64,000 nucleotides of DNA from Heptranchias perlo. Lineage: Eukaryota. The notes under the pieces are model-generated. The model was not told the DNA's origin, did not search any database, and was given only the letters and a program-made list of their open reading frames with translations. A program made the position numbers and the translations under genes. Shown piece by piece: positions 50,810 through 64,000 of the stretch; the first letter of the stretch is position 1, and the number at the start of each line of letters is the position of its first letter. The stretch covers positions 41,478,001-41,542,000 of the forward strand of contig NC_090346.1 in NCBI RefSeq assembly GCF_035084215.1. The letters run 5' to 3'.

Positions 50810-51040
50810 ATTCGAAGAAGAAGAGCTGGGAAGTTGTCCTGGCCAACATTTATCCCTCAACCAACACCACTAAAATAGATTATCTGGTAATTTATCTCAC
50901 TACTGTGTAGGAACATTGCTGTGTGCAAATTAGCAGCCACATTTGCTTACCTTATAGTGACTGCACTTAAAAAAAAGTTCAATGGCTGCAAAGTGCTTTG
51001 GGATGATAGGTGCAACCTAAATGCAAGTTCTTCCTTTCTT
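50810..51040 (+). mobile_element. Deu-domain SINE, 3' half
   Basis: CCTGGCCAACATTTATCCCTCAACC...TGCTGTGTGCAAATTAGCAGCC...AATGCAAGTTCTTCCTTTCTT. Confidence 0.8.
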
Positions 51041-51479
51041 ATTGTTTATCATGTTCAGATAGGACATTCTCTGCTCACCTGTATGGGTGATTTGGAGGTG
51101 ATCATCTTGCTAAGGATAATAGGAACACCCATTGTTTTATTGTTAAGTCTCTTTCTTCTTCCTCCCTAACATGCAACAGTTTCATTTCTCTCTAAAAAGT
51201 GAGAACGTTACTGCAAAGCTCCACAGGAGCTGCTGATCTGGACTGAACAAAAGGGTCATTTAAAATCCGTCTGCATTTTGCTAACAGAGCAAAGGGAACA
51301 TTTGCTGCCCTAGTGATATCCCAGTTTTATTTTCTAGTTTTTGTGAGGAGGAAGTCCATCGCAGGCCCCCTTTTAATAAAGAAAGGTCCAAATAATTATT
51401 TTGAATGCCAAATTATAACAGCCATTGTTTTCTATAACATGAGCCAGAGAAACAGTTTAATTTTTATAACCGGTTCTTT

Positions 51480-51800
51480 TCCCATTGAGTGCTCCCACCT
51501 CCCTCTTGCTAGTGTTCTGTTCCATGGGCTCGACCAGCTCTCTGGGCTAGTTAACCCTAGAGGGTATCACGGCCAAATGTGTCTTCACTGACATCCACAC
51601 AGAAGCACTTTCCAGCAGTGGTCATTGGATAGCTATCAGGACCAAGAATCCTGCTGATTTATTATTTTCTTCAGCATTCCAAGGACATTGGTGCAAATTT
51701 TAAGCCCCCAACTGCTGTCCTTGTAGAGATCAACTAAATTAGCATAAACCAGGATCAAACCTATGACCTTCGGGCCTATATGGTTTAGTGGTACACCAGG
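51480..51800 (-). mobile_element. Old SINE family copy (unnamed)
   Basis: TTCCAGCAGTGGTCATTGGATAGC...GAGATCAACTAA motifs. Confidence 0.5.
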
Positions 51801-52306
51801 CACAGACTTTATCTATGTTTTTGAGGAAATTAACATGTCTTCTAAATATACAACGCAATTCTGAATGTTTCTTGGTTTAATTATTGAGCCAACTTTGTGG
51901 AAGATTTCCCTGTATACTACTGTATTTAAATAATAATGGATATCTGGCAGTACTGTACCAGGATCATGACAATAGGCAGGTTTGATTGAAAAATGGATGC
52001 CTTTTGAAGTCCTTCATCTGGGCTGTCTTTAATTCACTGTTACAGTGCCGTTCCAGTGAATTATTACTATTTAACCACTGATTGGACTGCTACCTTGAAC
52101 TGGTCTTTTTTTCAGCTTTCAGAAGTTGCTGTCCTGGTTTGTGCAGTTTGGAGTTTGAAGTTTGAAGAATACTCCACTGTAGCTGACAAAGGCTTTAGGA
52201 TATTTCATGAGGGTCTGAAATAATGAGACAATCATCAAGGCATATTTTCAAACAGAGATTGAATTTGAATTGCTGCTTATTTGGTAACAGTAATTTGTGC
52301 TTTCAG

Positions 52307-52399
52307 ACTAAAAATATGTACAAGTCTAAGGAAGAAAATCAAGTTTTGGTGCTGCTTTCACCAAATTACTTTCTTAACATGGTGTGGTCACATAAACAG
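52307..52399 (+). CDS. EME2: EME2 exon 3
   Basis: TKNMYKSKEENQVLVLLSPNYFLNMVWSHKQ; TTTCAG| and |GTAAAG. Confidence 0.85.
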
Positions 52400-52607
52400 G
52401 TAAAGATCAAAGTTCAGATGTTTAAGCTGATGTAGTCAACTGCATGGCATTTTGTGTATAAAAGATACAAACATTCTCTATAACATGAAAATGCAGTAAA
52501 CTTTTTAAGATTTGCATTATATTGTGATCATTGACTACAGTATTTTCATCTATTTTTCAAAATGCAAAAAAAAACCCTCTACTAATGACTCCAAGCTAAA
52601 TGCTACT

Positions 52608-52752
52608 AGGAACATAAGAACAGGAGTAGACCATTCAGCCCCTCGAGCTTGTTCCGCCATTCAATTAGATCATAGCTGATCTGTATCTTAACTGCATTTA
52701 CCAGCCTTGGTTCCGTAACCCTTAATACCCTTGCCTAATAAAAATCTATCAA
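52608..52752 (-). mobile_element. CR1 3' end fragment
   Basis: Reverse of the CR1 3' UTR. Confidence 0.85.
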
Positions 52753-54193
52753 TACTATTCATATACAAATCCTTAAAAGATGCAATCAGAATTAGTGTGC
52801 TATTGTTCTGATAGAAAAATGGCTATTGCTAATTGATGTCAGTAACATTGATAACACTCCAATCCCAGAAATGTTATAACTTCTTTGGTTAAGAGTTCCT
52901 ATCATAACAATCAAGAGAGAAAAAAAAAACATTAGCACCTTTTTTGGATCGTAATGTGAAGGGTTTGGAGGAACTAACACAAAAAGTTTAAATACAGTAA
53001 TTTCTGCTTCCTCCTGCTCCCCACTCCTTAATCTTCCCATTACCCATTCTGCTTCCTTCCTCCCTATCCCTACTTCTTCTGCTTTGAACTACTTGCTCAA
53101 CTGATTTATTCCCTCTTGTTCTAATGTCACTCACTTCACCCTTGAATTTCCATCCACCCCACCATTCTCACTTGTTCCCACTAAGAGCAGATGGAGAGAG
53201 GCTAGAGGCCCCCTCAACCTCAATCAGTTTCTCTCCTACCTTACCTTCCTATCATTTTGCCTCAAAGAGGCATTATTTGCCTTCAAAATTCAACGTGCTT
53301 TTTTCAAAAATCAACTCAGAATGGGGAAAGGAACTGACTGTCTGCCTTTCTCTTTACTTTGTCTTTTTCTCTATCTCTCTCTCTTCCTCATGCATCATGA
53401 AATTAGAATCTCTGCCTCACAGGTGTAAGCCATTAGCACTGGCCTTTTCTAACTGCCAACAAAACACAGTAAAGGTAACTAGCTGGCTTCAAAATTCAGC
53501 TATCCTGATTAACCCTTATTCTGGACATTAGAAATTTCAGTCCCTGAGGAAAAAAGTTGGATGAGAAGAAATTGTCAGAAAGCATTTTGAGAGAATTGTG
53601 GGCACCCAGGGGCAGATTGCACAGAGTGACAAGTTTATATAGGTATTTTCCATTATCAGTGCGGATATATGAATTTATAAATGGGAAAAGTAGACACAAA
53701 AATTTGACAACAGAAAGTCAAGTGGTGCAGACAGGAAGATTTGTAATATATTATAGATAGAATATAAACTCTAAAAGGAATATCTATTATGCAAGCCAGA
53801 AGTTGTGGAATATTGATACTCCAACCCGCAGTACTGTAGTTAGCAAGGTGTGCGGGTTTGCAGTTGAGTGTTGTTGTGGTGAATTGCTCACCTTAACTGG
53901 ACCATTTGTGAGTCACTCTGGGTTGCTCTCATGCACTTCCTGGTAGTCTGTAAGAGAGGCATCAGAAGAGTTCTGCGAACAGGTCATGTGTCCACAGTAT
54001 TGTGGAGAGAGTTAAAAACTCAAAAATGAGGTAAAAAAAAAATCACTGTTGTAAACGTTGTTGCACTACTTTCCAGTATTCTATTCCTTTGGTAACTTAA
54101 GAGTTAAAATAAAAGTATTACCATGGCACTAATATTTTGAAACATTTCTATTTTACAGCATCAGTTTAAAGCACTTTCTTTTTCCTTTGGCAG

Positions 54194-54318
54194 AAAATGA
54201 AAGGCATTTTCACAGAAAACATTTGTGAAACATTTGATAGCTTTATAATGAGAGTTCTGGACAAGCGGCTTCATAGAGCAGCCACATTAGCTGTCATTGG
54301 ACTGGATACTTACACAAG
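54194..54318 (+). CDS. EME2: EME2 exon 4
   Basis: ...TLAVIGLDTYTR matches EME2 HLAVIGLDAY; phase 0 to 2. Confidence 0.88.
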
Positions 54319-54639
54319 GTAAACGTGAACTAAACTTGTGGCTTTATTGGCAGCTTGTTGCCAAATTGTAGCCCTCAGATTTGGTCTGTTCCACATTACA
54401 ACTGTAACAGAATAAACATGTATTTCAGAAATTTTGATAACTCCTTTGTTGTAACTGGTGCATCTTTCACTTTCACAATTTTTGAACTGATGTTTGACTT
54501 GTACTCCATTTTACACTCACAAGTGGACGAGGACATTTTCCATAACCCATTGATCTTCACATATACCTGTGTTGGGCTTTATGTACACTGTAGATTTTCT
54601 AATTCTTTTCTTAATACCATAATATAATGGCAGGATGAG

Positions 54640-54960
54640 GAATGATTGATGTCTTTTTTTCTCTCCCAGTTTTCTCCCTACTTTTTGTGGATCCACAGGT
54701 ACTGGCAGCCTTGTTACCTTACCTAAATGGCTATTCTTCATATGAAAGACTAAATGGGGATTAGCAGACTATTCAATCATTGAATAAGGTGCTGTTCTTG
54801 CCCAATATCCATACACATATACTTTCCAACAGTTTACTCTATGTTGATGAGGAGTGGGTATCTTGGCTGATAGTGTCCTTAGGATTGGAACGAGAAACAA
54901 GGGCCTATAATGCTCCCACCACCCCATCTGAAATATGGTGCTCATCACATCCCAGGGATT
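54640..54960 (-). mobile_element. Old SINE family copy (unnamed)
   Basis: ACCTAAATGGCTATTCTTCATATG...AGCAGACTATTCAA motifs. Confidence 0.45.
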
Positions 54961-54999
54961 AAACTTTTTTTTTTAAATTGAGAAATCAACGTAAGGAAA

Positions 55000-56230
55000 A
55001 AAGTCCAAAGTGCAGGACATCACCAAGATTGAAAAAGGGTAAAAGAGACAAGGCAATTCAGAATGCAGCGAATAGTCGACATCAGGCTTGGAGTTTAAAA
55101 GCCTGAAAATTGTAATAGGAAGGAAAGACTGAGGGCGTTAAGGAGTCCCACAGTTTTGAGGTCTTGGGAAAGAATGTTATATTAAAAGACTGTGGGGTGA
55201 GTCTGGTTTTCAAGAATGGGGATGGAGGGAGGAGGTAGAACATATAGGGGAGTATATTTAGAGGTTAGACAGAACAGACAAAAATCCAGAGGGGCATTAA
55301 TGAGTATTAATAAAATAGACAAGAAAGGTAGTTCTAGTGGTTTGTAGTTTGGGGAGGGGAGAAGCGGAAAGAGATAGAGAGCGTTATTAAAAGGTTAGGA
55401 CTGAGAGAGGCATCACCTATTAGCTAAGTAGCTTTTGCTTGTACCCTGTCCAGGAGTGAGAGAGAAGTAGTAGTAGAAGAGCTTCCCCAGATGTGGGATC
55501 ACTATTCAAGTCTTGGATGGTTGAGGTATATACAGAATTAGGAACTGTTGAGAAAAAGTGTTTGTTGTGAAAGATAAAACCAAGCTTCTTAGAGACAGAT
55601 TTAGCAATAGAGAGAAGTAGGATTCCAGTTGAGGTCAGAGGAGTTGCATGCTGATTAATAAAGAACAAAAAAGGGTTGAACTGTCAATGTCAAAAGATGT
55701 CAGCTGTTGCTTAGACTTGCAAAAGACAAGAAAGTCTTTGAATAATTGAAAAAAAATAAGATTTTACTGTAGTATTGAAGCTTATGGAAGACATCAAGAT
55801 GTAGTCATTGTGATTGCACTATGAAAGGACTTAAGGTTGAGTACTGAGAACATACTGTCTGAAGGAAGTTGGTGAATGTAGAGTGGAATGAGAAAAAGTG
55901 GATAGGGTTGGCTGATGAGAAAAAGAGGAATACAGTGGGACAGAAAACAGAGCCCTGGGGGTTTGAGTTAAGGAGAAAGGAATCAGGGTGAGCCATTGAT
56001 TACAGCACAGATAGAGAGATCGGAGAGGAAACCAGATAGCCGTGAACTTGGCCCTTTAGGGTGACTATATGATGATAACTTGATTGTGTGCAGTGCCAGA
56101 TCCTCAAAAAAAAATTTGAGATGTCCAAGGCAATCACAGATTATTCACTGAAGTGTTCCAGAGCAGAGTTCAATAAATGCCTAACATGGACACCAAGGCC
56201 ATTGGTGGAGTGGCTATTCTGAAAACCACA
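55000..56230 (-). mobile_element. Highly decayed LINE ORF2 relic
   Basis: PQGSVFCP and IAKSVSKKLGFI remnants. Confidence 0.6.
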
Positions 56231-56666
56231 CTGGTGAAACTAGCACCTTCCTGGTCTATCTAGCACAGTACTACACCACATGGTGCAATTACCCACTGAA
56301 CCAGAAGGGAGGGGAAGATTCTGCTGTCCCTTATTTTTGTTGAATTAGGTCATTTCTTTTGTGCAAGTTGATGTAGATACAAAATATAAAGAACCATAAC
56401 AAAAAGGTACAAGTTACCAAAAAAAAATACACTACAACAAATTAATTAACAAGCCTCAACAAGCTTTTTAATGGAGGCTAGGAGCCAGCATGTCTACAGC
56501 AGCTGCCGTGAGAAGCATAGTGGTTTCTCTCACTGCTAGAACTGAACAATAAAATTGATGATCAGGGTACAGGGAACCAGCAACAGAAAGATACAGACGG
56601 CGAAAGAAAATAATATTCTATTAGTATAAGGAAACAGTTCACAATAGGTAAGCTAACAAACACAAT

Positions 56667-57408
56667 GGCCCAGAAATTGCTTGGAGCGACAAGCCAACAG
56701 TGCTCGCTGCTCCACAGATCGATACTAACCCACTTCTTTACTGCGGGAACTTCCTCTAATAGGAAGTGGAGAAGAGCCCAGCGTTAGTGCCAGCGAAGCT
56801 AGGACCCATGGGAAATGCAAAAGGATCGCTCTCTCCCCTCGACCAATCAGATTGCAGCATTTTTGACAAGCTGTAAACGGTTACTGCAAGCTGGAAGGTG
56901 AAATCCAGGAAGTGAAAGGTACAACACTAAAATCATTTGTAAAAACAGTTATAGATAGTGAAGAGAGGGTAAGAAATAATCAAATTAAATAAAGAGACAG
57001 AAGGAAATTTTTTTTTTAATGATCAAAAACTATTAAAATAAAGATGTAATGAAACTCCACATTTTCAAAAATTAATTTTTTGTTGTTTGACAGTCATTAA
57101 GACTTACCGCCTGTTAAAACTTAGTTTAGACCTGGTATTTTTAAGTGTACCTGTTTTGTGGCGTTATTAGTTACTTTCCAGCTGGGCAGAAGAGCAAGTT
57201 GGCGCTGGTCCATTGATTCTGTTGATTGCAGCCGGCAATATCCCTTTAATTTGAAGCTGTCATATTGCCGGCAAACCAGGAGGAGCAATTTTCAGATTTC
57301 CGTGTTTGACTGCCCATGTGCAAACTCCGGAACTTGCTCCTCGATTTCACCACCAATGGTGAGGGCTGTTGAGCTCACTGTCCTTTTTTTAAAAGCAACT
57401 TCCAGCCC
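56667..57408. mobile_element. Harbinger-like MITE
   Basis: Ends GGCCCAGAAATTGCT / AGCAACTTCCAGCCC; AAT/ATT flanks; internal block is an inverted homolog of part of 30060-30832. Confidence 0.65.
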
Positions 57409-57869
57409 ATTAAGTTTTAACACTGAACTTGCTGCTGTTATAACATAGCTTTAGTGGTTCCAACACTTCCCATCCCCTCCAGCACCTAGAATCACAAATT
57501 CAATGGAAACAAATCAGTGTAGGCATCAGAGCTCAATTAGCTTACTGCGAGATTTCTTCGTACGTTAGGGTACTCCTGGTTACAAGAGCGGTCTGTCGAG
57601 CTTCCAACATTTCATACACGTGACCAGCAAATTTTAACTAGATATCATGTAATGATGTGTGCAATTATACATTCTTTCTATTGAAAAATAGGCACCTTAC
57701 AATCACGAAAGGTGCTGGCTGACGAAGACCCAGTTTTAAGCCTGCACAACACTTGCATGAAATTGCTATGAAAAAGTACATAGACCACAGAAAGGAGGGT
57801 GAGTTTTATATATTTTATTGATCATGCAGAAGAGCCCCCCCCCTTCCCCCAATATCTTAGGGGGTAAAT

Positions 57870-58180
57870 GCACAGACCAGGAAGGTCCAAGATTTGTTTC
57901 ACATTTTGTGCTGAGTTAACTGATCTCAGCAAGTGAGGGCAGCACATTTGGGTTTAGTGTTTTAAGGCTAGGAAAGCTGGGGGGTGGGGAGAGGGGGAGG
58001 AGGATTAATTAGGGTTCCAGCTCCTGATTGCTATCCAATAATCTAGCATAAAAGCATACATGTCAGGTGAAGATCAAGCTCAGGCACTGCTGTTACACCC
58101 TCCATGATTAAATAGTCTGCCCATACTTAATATCAAGGGAGCCACATGAAGAATATTCATTTTGATGAGAAAATTGGTGA
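57870..58180 (+). mobile_element. Old SINE family copy (unnamed)
   Basis: GACCAGGAAGGTCC...GCTGAGTTAACTGATCTCAGC...CTCCTGATTGCTATCCA. Confidence 0.5.
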
Positions 58181-58501
58181 GGGAGGGTGAATTGATTTTT
58201 AGCACAAGTACACTTAACTCAATAACTAGAGTCCTCTGTTTTGAAAAGTATACAAGTTTTGCACAGATAACTACCCATTATTTACTCAGAACCAAGGCAG
58301 TAATCTGAGGAAATTCCTTTCTACGGCAGTATGGAGACTCACATTTCCGCCATATTTTGAAGACTGATAATATTTTGAAAATGTTTAGACACTGGAGTGA
58401 TGTGTTGCTGGAACTACAATTGGCACCCATTCATTTACATTGTATATAAGCACCATTTTAGTACCTTGGTAGAACAGTAATTGTTTTGTTAAATTATTTA
58501 G

Positions 58502-58619
58502 GGAAAAAGGGCTTTACAGTCCCGTGAAACGACAGCAGAACTCAGGAAGTGACAGGGAAGAAGACTCGGAGTCTTGGGTCAGCAGGGAGCTCGGGTTGAC
58601 CTGTGCAGATTTGGATGAG
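58502..58619 (+). CDS. EME2: EME2 exon 5
   Basis: Phase 2 to 0 bridging exon ending LTCADLDE (compare VSWPEVEE). Confidence 0.75.
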
Positions 58620-58916
58620 GTCTGTATTTGCATTTCTACATTAGGTAGTTTCAGACTTTAGTCCATTTTGTTGGTGTGATGAGGTGTGTACATGGAATGT
58701 TCAAGAAGACAATAATATTTGAGGAATAGTGTCACTAAGTCTTTACTTGAATAAAAACAGATTTTTTTCACATCAATCAGTCCTTGTTATTCGTTCAAGA
58801 TCTCAATTCTGGAACTCCTTACCTTCCTCAGTCTTTCATTTCCCCTACAATCTACGGGCTTTTAACACTTAAGTGTGGCCTTGCATACTTCTTGATTTAT
58901 TCCATCTTTTCATTCC

Positions 58917-59080
58917 AAAATAGACAGTTTCCTAGAAGTAAAGGGAATTAGGGGTTACGGGGAGCGGGCAGGAAATTGGACATGAATTTAGATTTGAGGT
59001 TAGGATCAGATCAGCCATGATCTTATTGAATGGCGGAGCAGGCTCGAGGGGCCGGTTGGCTCCTATTTCTTATGTTCTTA
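58917..59080 (+). mobile_element. CR1 3' end, near-identical to the 3' end of the CR1 at 18633-20629
   Basis: About 135 bp appear identical by eye to 20449-20585. Confidence 0.92.
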
Positions 59081-59939
59081 TTCCTTTCAACGATGATAAC
59101 TTGCACTATGGATCTTAGTCTTTTGTACACATCTCAATTTAGAAGAAAGTTCCATTGCAACTCAGTATACTTCCTATCTGCACATATTATAATCTGTCGT
59201 GATAACAATAAATTTAAGATGGTAAACGTAAATAACTGGGTTTAACAAGGAAAAGGTTGTAATTAGATTACAAAGGTGCAAACGAAAGTAGGCAAAAAGT
59301 ACCTCCAGCAGAACAATGTAAATTTGCAGGCCCGGGAACCATTTTAGAACCAAAAAGCAATGTGGTTGACTCTTAACAGCTCTCTGAAGTGGCCATGCAA
59401 AACAATCAGTTGTAACAAACTGCTACCAGCAGTTCAAGAGCACCTATCATCTTTTCAGGGCAACTCGGGCTAAACTAGTGTTGTAGCCCATCTCTGACCC
59501 ACACTCCCTTTAAGCACAGCTCCCCACTTAGAGCATGACATTGGTGAGTTTACCCAATGTTCTTTAGACTACCACATTTTGTTTTACAGATAGTATTCAT
59601 ATATTGATTTTGAAGCAGATAGAAATATTTCTATCATTTTTTAATCTGTAACAAAAAGTCCCACTGATGATGCATGAGTTAGAGTAGTCACAGCAATCAA
59701 TTGCCTTCATTTTGTATAACCATTGTCCAATTTAGAATCAAATGGCTGCTTGCTGTGCTCATCTCCGGCTAACAATAAATATTCATGATGATGACAATTG
59801 TCTTTAATCAGTCTATTTGAAATAAATAAATACCTAAAATTGCAAATCAAGTTTAATTTTCATGTTCATAAGCCTCCCACATGTCTTACTTTGATCTGGC
59901 CCTTGTCCAGCTGGTCGTCTTTTTCTGCTTTGTGTTCAG

Positions 59940-60055
59940 GTGCAGGTGGCCCTACAGCTACAAACGCACACAACAGTTTGGTTCTTGGAGAACTGGCAAC
60001 AGTTTGCTGATCATGTCGCAACACTTACAAAGGCAATAGCTCGATCCCCTTTCAA
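59940..60055 (+). CDS. EME2: EME2 exon 6
   Basis: VQVALQLQTHTTVWFLENWQQFADHVATLTKAIARSPFK. Confidence 0.92.
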
Positions 60056-60884
60056 GTAAGTTAAACTTCACTTGTCAAATACAGCTGTCTCCGAATATCC
60101 CTGAGTCAGTCAGAGAGACCAAGGTGCCATCTTACTTTTGTAAATTTGTGTCTTAAGCATCAATATCTTTTTGTTGGGTACAAATTGAAGCCTAATTTTC
60201 ATCGTTCAGAAAATGACAGGTACAAGCTCATTTTGAGTCAGGAAGTCTACTGTGTTGACACTGATGCAGAATTTTAGTCTAACGCCATAAGTATGCAGGA
60301 CAGGTGTCAATACAGTAAGATCAAATCACTGCTAAACTATTGACTCCAATGCTTCTTCTGCTCTGTGTTTATACTACATCAATATCACTGGTGCTCCAAC
60401 AGTCCCTTGTCCGATAGCATTACTTTGAGGGAGGAAAGATACACATTCTTACACAAGCAACCCAAAACCCTGGCTTTGTTAATTTCCCTAAATAAACCCT
60501 GGCATGCTTCCATAACATTCTTCAGTTGATTGACTAAATATTCCTCCATAGTTGATGAAACAACACAACCAAATCAGTTTTTCCACTTGGCATCACATCT
60601 AGCATCTAGTCAGAATCCATGGCCTTTATCTTGCACGTGGTCAGCAGGTTGGAGTGTTAGCTTCACCAGTGATCACAATGTTATGACACATGTGGCTTAT
60701 TTACAGCCAATCCTAATGCTGTGATAAGATAGTTTGTAGAATTATAGTTTTTCCGATTCATTGCATACTGCATTGCATTTGAAATTGTCCTTTTAATGTC
60801 TTAAGGCAGTAGTTAAAGGAATATGTTTTGAAAAAAATACTTCTTTTGACTTAGACACTCTGTTGTGAAAATAATTTTGTTTAG

Positions 60885-61074
60885 AAAGCAGACCGAGAAA
60901 ATGACCTTCTCCTTCTGCCCTGATGGTACGTGGTCCACTGGTGTGAAAGTGGACAAGGATGGAAAGGGCCTCCTGAAATTGTGGAAAAAACAGCTTCAGC
61001 AGCTCAACAGGATCACCCAGCCAGTGGCAATGGCTATAGCACTTGCCTATCCTACACCACAGCTGCTTTTACGG
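60885..61074 (+). CDS. EME2: EME2 exon 7
   Basis: FSFCPDGTWSTGVKVDKDGKGLLKLWKKQLQQLNRI...AYPTPQLL (HhH region). Confidence 0.95.
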
Positions 61075-61979
61075 GTAATGGCAGCTATATAGAATATCTG
61101 CCATTTCTTCTCATTATTCATATCTGTGCTAATATTTTCTACTTTCTTCCCATCTAATAATTTACATTCTTCATCCTGCCAAGTTAACAATTTACAGTGA
61201 AACCTTGATTATCCACAGTCTTCACTATCTGCAAGCGTTTCCAAGGGATTAGGTTACCACCAGGAGTTGGAGCTAAAATAGTAATGTTTTTAAAATTGAT
61301 TTTTCCCCTCAGGATCTGGGTTCTTGATCCAGACAGGTAAGTAGCTGTTATATGGATGTTCAGCATCCGATAGGTAACTACCTATGCTGCTCTGATATTT
61401 AGCTTTGGGTCTAGGACACCAGCAGGACTTAGGCTGCAAGCAATTTCCCCCAATATATAAATTTAACAAATGGAAAATGTTAATCTTATCTGCATATGCT
61501 ATGGACTTGATTAGATAAATAAACAGACCAATCAGAAGCTAGAAACTAAGTAAAGGGTGGGGAGGGGGACTAATTTATCTTCAAATTTTAATTATTCATT
61601 TATTTATTGTAATTGATAACTAATCATGGCAATCAAATGCTAACAACTCCATTATCATGCGACTACCAGGATGGTAGAAGGCGAATTAGATGGAACTTAG
61701 TCTTTTTCCATCTAGCAATTCCTATGACTCCTCTCCATTTTGGGGGATAATCGAGGTTCTGCTGTATTTTCATTGCAAACAACCAAATACTAATAAAAAT
61801 GTGGTTTAATTTTTAAAAATAAGCAATTTAATACACATCTCCACTTTGCCAGGCTGTCAGACTTAATGCCAGTAGCTGAGTCATTAGCAAAGAAAATATC
61901 AATTTTACTGCAAGGCCATGCAGTGAGGCAGGAATGTGGAATTTTACAGCATAAATTTATGGTGATCATAAATTTATGC

Positions 61980-63530
61980 TTTGCAGAAATAGTTTTTCCC
62001 TCTTTACATGATCAAAACCTTTCATAACTTCAAACAACTTTATCAGTCTGGAAAACATCTGTTAATCAATGCTCTCTTTTTTTTCTGTCCTTTAACCAAC
62101 TTCCTATCCATGCTGCCACATTTCCTTCACTATCCTGTGCCTTGATTTTTAAAAAAAGTCAAGGAGTCTTCCCTACAGCACCTAATAAAACACCTTTTGA
62201 AAATGCATATACACCATGTCCACTGAATCTCCTTTATCAAATTACATTATTTCTTCAAAGAGCTCAGATTTGTCACCCATTATTTCCTTTTACAAATCTA
62301 TGCTGGTTGGCCTGAATTAGCCCACGTCCTTCTGTGTTAGTTATTAATCTTATTCCATATAATGGCTTCAAGAAGCTTACCACTACCTATGTTAGGCTGA
62401 CTAGTCTATAGTTACTGAATTGATCCTTTTCTTACTTTTTGGACAGATATTATATTGGCATCCCTCAAATTCTCCAGCACTACATGTTTGAAAGATTGTG
62501 GTCAGATCTTTTGCTATTTGCTCTCTGACTTCCCTTAGCATACTAAAATGTAGGTCATCAGGGCCTGGTGCCTTTTCCACTTTTGAGTTCCATTTTTTTT
62601 CCAGTCCTATAGTTATTCTATTCAGTTGCTTCATCTCCTCCTCGTGTACCCTTTTATTCCCACTACCACACTCTGTGAAGACTGAGGCAAAAGTACTCAT
62701 TCAGTACCTTTTGCTATTATTTCATCTTCCGTAAGAATTCCTTTATCATCTCCAGTCGGCTCTACCTTTTCTTTAACTTTTCATGTGTTTAGATGATCGT
62801 TTACCCTTTTGTTACTACCAGTTTTTAATTCATAGCCTTTTGGCCTTTTTTTTGCTTCTCTATTTTCTGTACTTTGCTTCATTTTCTTTTGTTATTAGTC
62901 CTAAATCTATCTCATGTCTCTTTTTAATCTGTATTTCTCTAGTCATCAAGTAACTCAATCATCAAGGCACTCTCTTCAGTTTGGGAATGTGTCTAGTTTG
63001 TACAATGAACATCATTGTTAAGGTTTCCCATTGTTTTATCTGATCAGCCAATTGATTCTATTTTCTCAAGTCATGTACTTTTATCTTTGACCATTCCTGC
63101 TCCTTTCCAATTTTTATAAATCAAACCTAATTATCTATGATCACTGTTACTTAGATGTTCCCCTACTCTTGCATTATATACTTGCCCCATTTCAATTCCT
63201 AGAACTAGATACAGCACTGCCTTGTTAGATTAAAAGCATACTGGTCCAGAAAGTAGTCTTCGAAACATTGCAGAAACCTCTTCCCTACTTAACCACTTAC
63301 ATTAATCTTACCCCAGTTTATCATCGGATAGTTAGTCACCCAATATTTTAGCCCTGTTGTTCCTGCATTTTTCTCTAATTTGCCTACGTAACTCTTGTAT
63401 CCCTTTTCCACTGTTCCAAATAGAGCAACAGTCCTCTTATTCCTTAACTCTAACCAAATAGATTCAACTTTTGTACCATCCCCTTTTTCATTTCTATGTT
63501 CTATCAACTCCAACCTATAACTGTTCATAA
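61980..63530 (-). mobile_element. Decayed CR1 ORF2 relic
   Basis: FASVFTE, KAPGPDDLH and VESIWLELRN remnants. Confidence 0.75.
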
Positions 63531-63622
63531 AGCTGCGGAGAATGTTTACAAGCTGATATAGGAAAGATGATGCTTCTTAAAAAGATTCATTCCACTTGTG
63601 CCTTAACATTATGCATTTAAAG

Positions 63623-63793
63623 GCTTATAGACAGTGTACCACAGAGTGGGAGAAGCAGAATCTTCTATCAGAGGTTAAAGTGAATGCTGGAGGAAAACGT
63701 GTGGATCGACGGATTGGACCAGACATATCACGCAGGTTGTATATTTTCATGACTTCAGAAAATTCTGACATAGTTTTGGACAAAAGTGGTTAA
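63623..63793 (+). CDS. EME2: EME2 last exon
   Basis: AYRQC...LLSEVKV...RRIGPDISRRLYIFMTSENSDIVLDKSG*; total CDS 1398 nt. Confidence 0.93.
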   Translation, partial: AYRQCTTEWEKQNLLSEVKVNAGGKRVDRRIGPDISRRLYIFMTSENSDIVLDKSG

Positions 63794-64000
63794 ATACATT
63801 AGATGAAAGAACTCACTTCATTTTACCATCTGCCTTTATGAACAGCACAATTTTTTTTTTAAATAACAGATCGGTTGGCCACTTTGGAATATAAAATTTG
63901 TAATATAGCTATGCTACTCAGTTTAAAGTTAGGCATACTATTGGTGGCACATGAAACTTTTGTACCATATGTGTGAACTCTAAACCAGTAGTACTGGTTT

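Noticed and set aside
46439-63793. EME1 as an alternative identity
   Set aside because: The short N-terminus with an RP..WE..S motif and the LAVIGLD and FSFC..G.W motifs fit EME2 better; a phylogeny would be decisive.
1-64000. CRISPR arrays, rRNA or prokaryotic operon-like systems
   Set aside because: The sequence is intron-rich vertebrate DNA; no regularly spaced repeats or rRNA signatures were seen.

Overview
Vertebrate genomic DNA, most likely from a cartilaginous fish (inferred from the Deu-domain SINEs and the CR1/L2/Penelope repeat landscape). I reconstructed three spliced genes by hand, with exon phases checked. (1) A minus-strand two-exon gene for a 368-aa Myb/SANT-like (Harbinger ORF2-type) protein beside one orphan TIR-like end, with no transposase in the window (6675-4369). 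(2) A plus-strand seven-coding-exon GH27 alpha-N-acetylgalactosaminidase-like gene of 411 aa, with NAGA-type specificity residues but a GLA-like unsplit last exon (20843-37631). (3) EME2, eight exons, about 465 aa (46439-63793). The remainder is rich in repeats: CR1 and L2 LINE fragments, tRNA-derived SINEs, Harbinger-like MITEs and Penelope-like elements (PLEs). The PLEs comprise one RT+GIY-YIG copy and five short terminal modules. All six carry minimal hammerhead-ribozyme-like motifs, and compensatory stem changes are visible between copies. A decayed ORF of unknown origin lies at about 15.5-16.1 kb. All calls come from reading the sequence only; no database searches were run.
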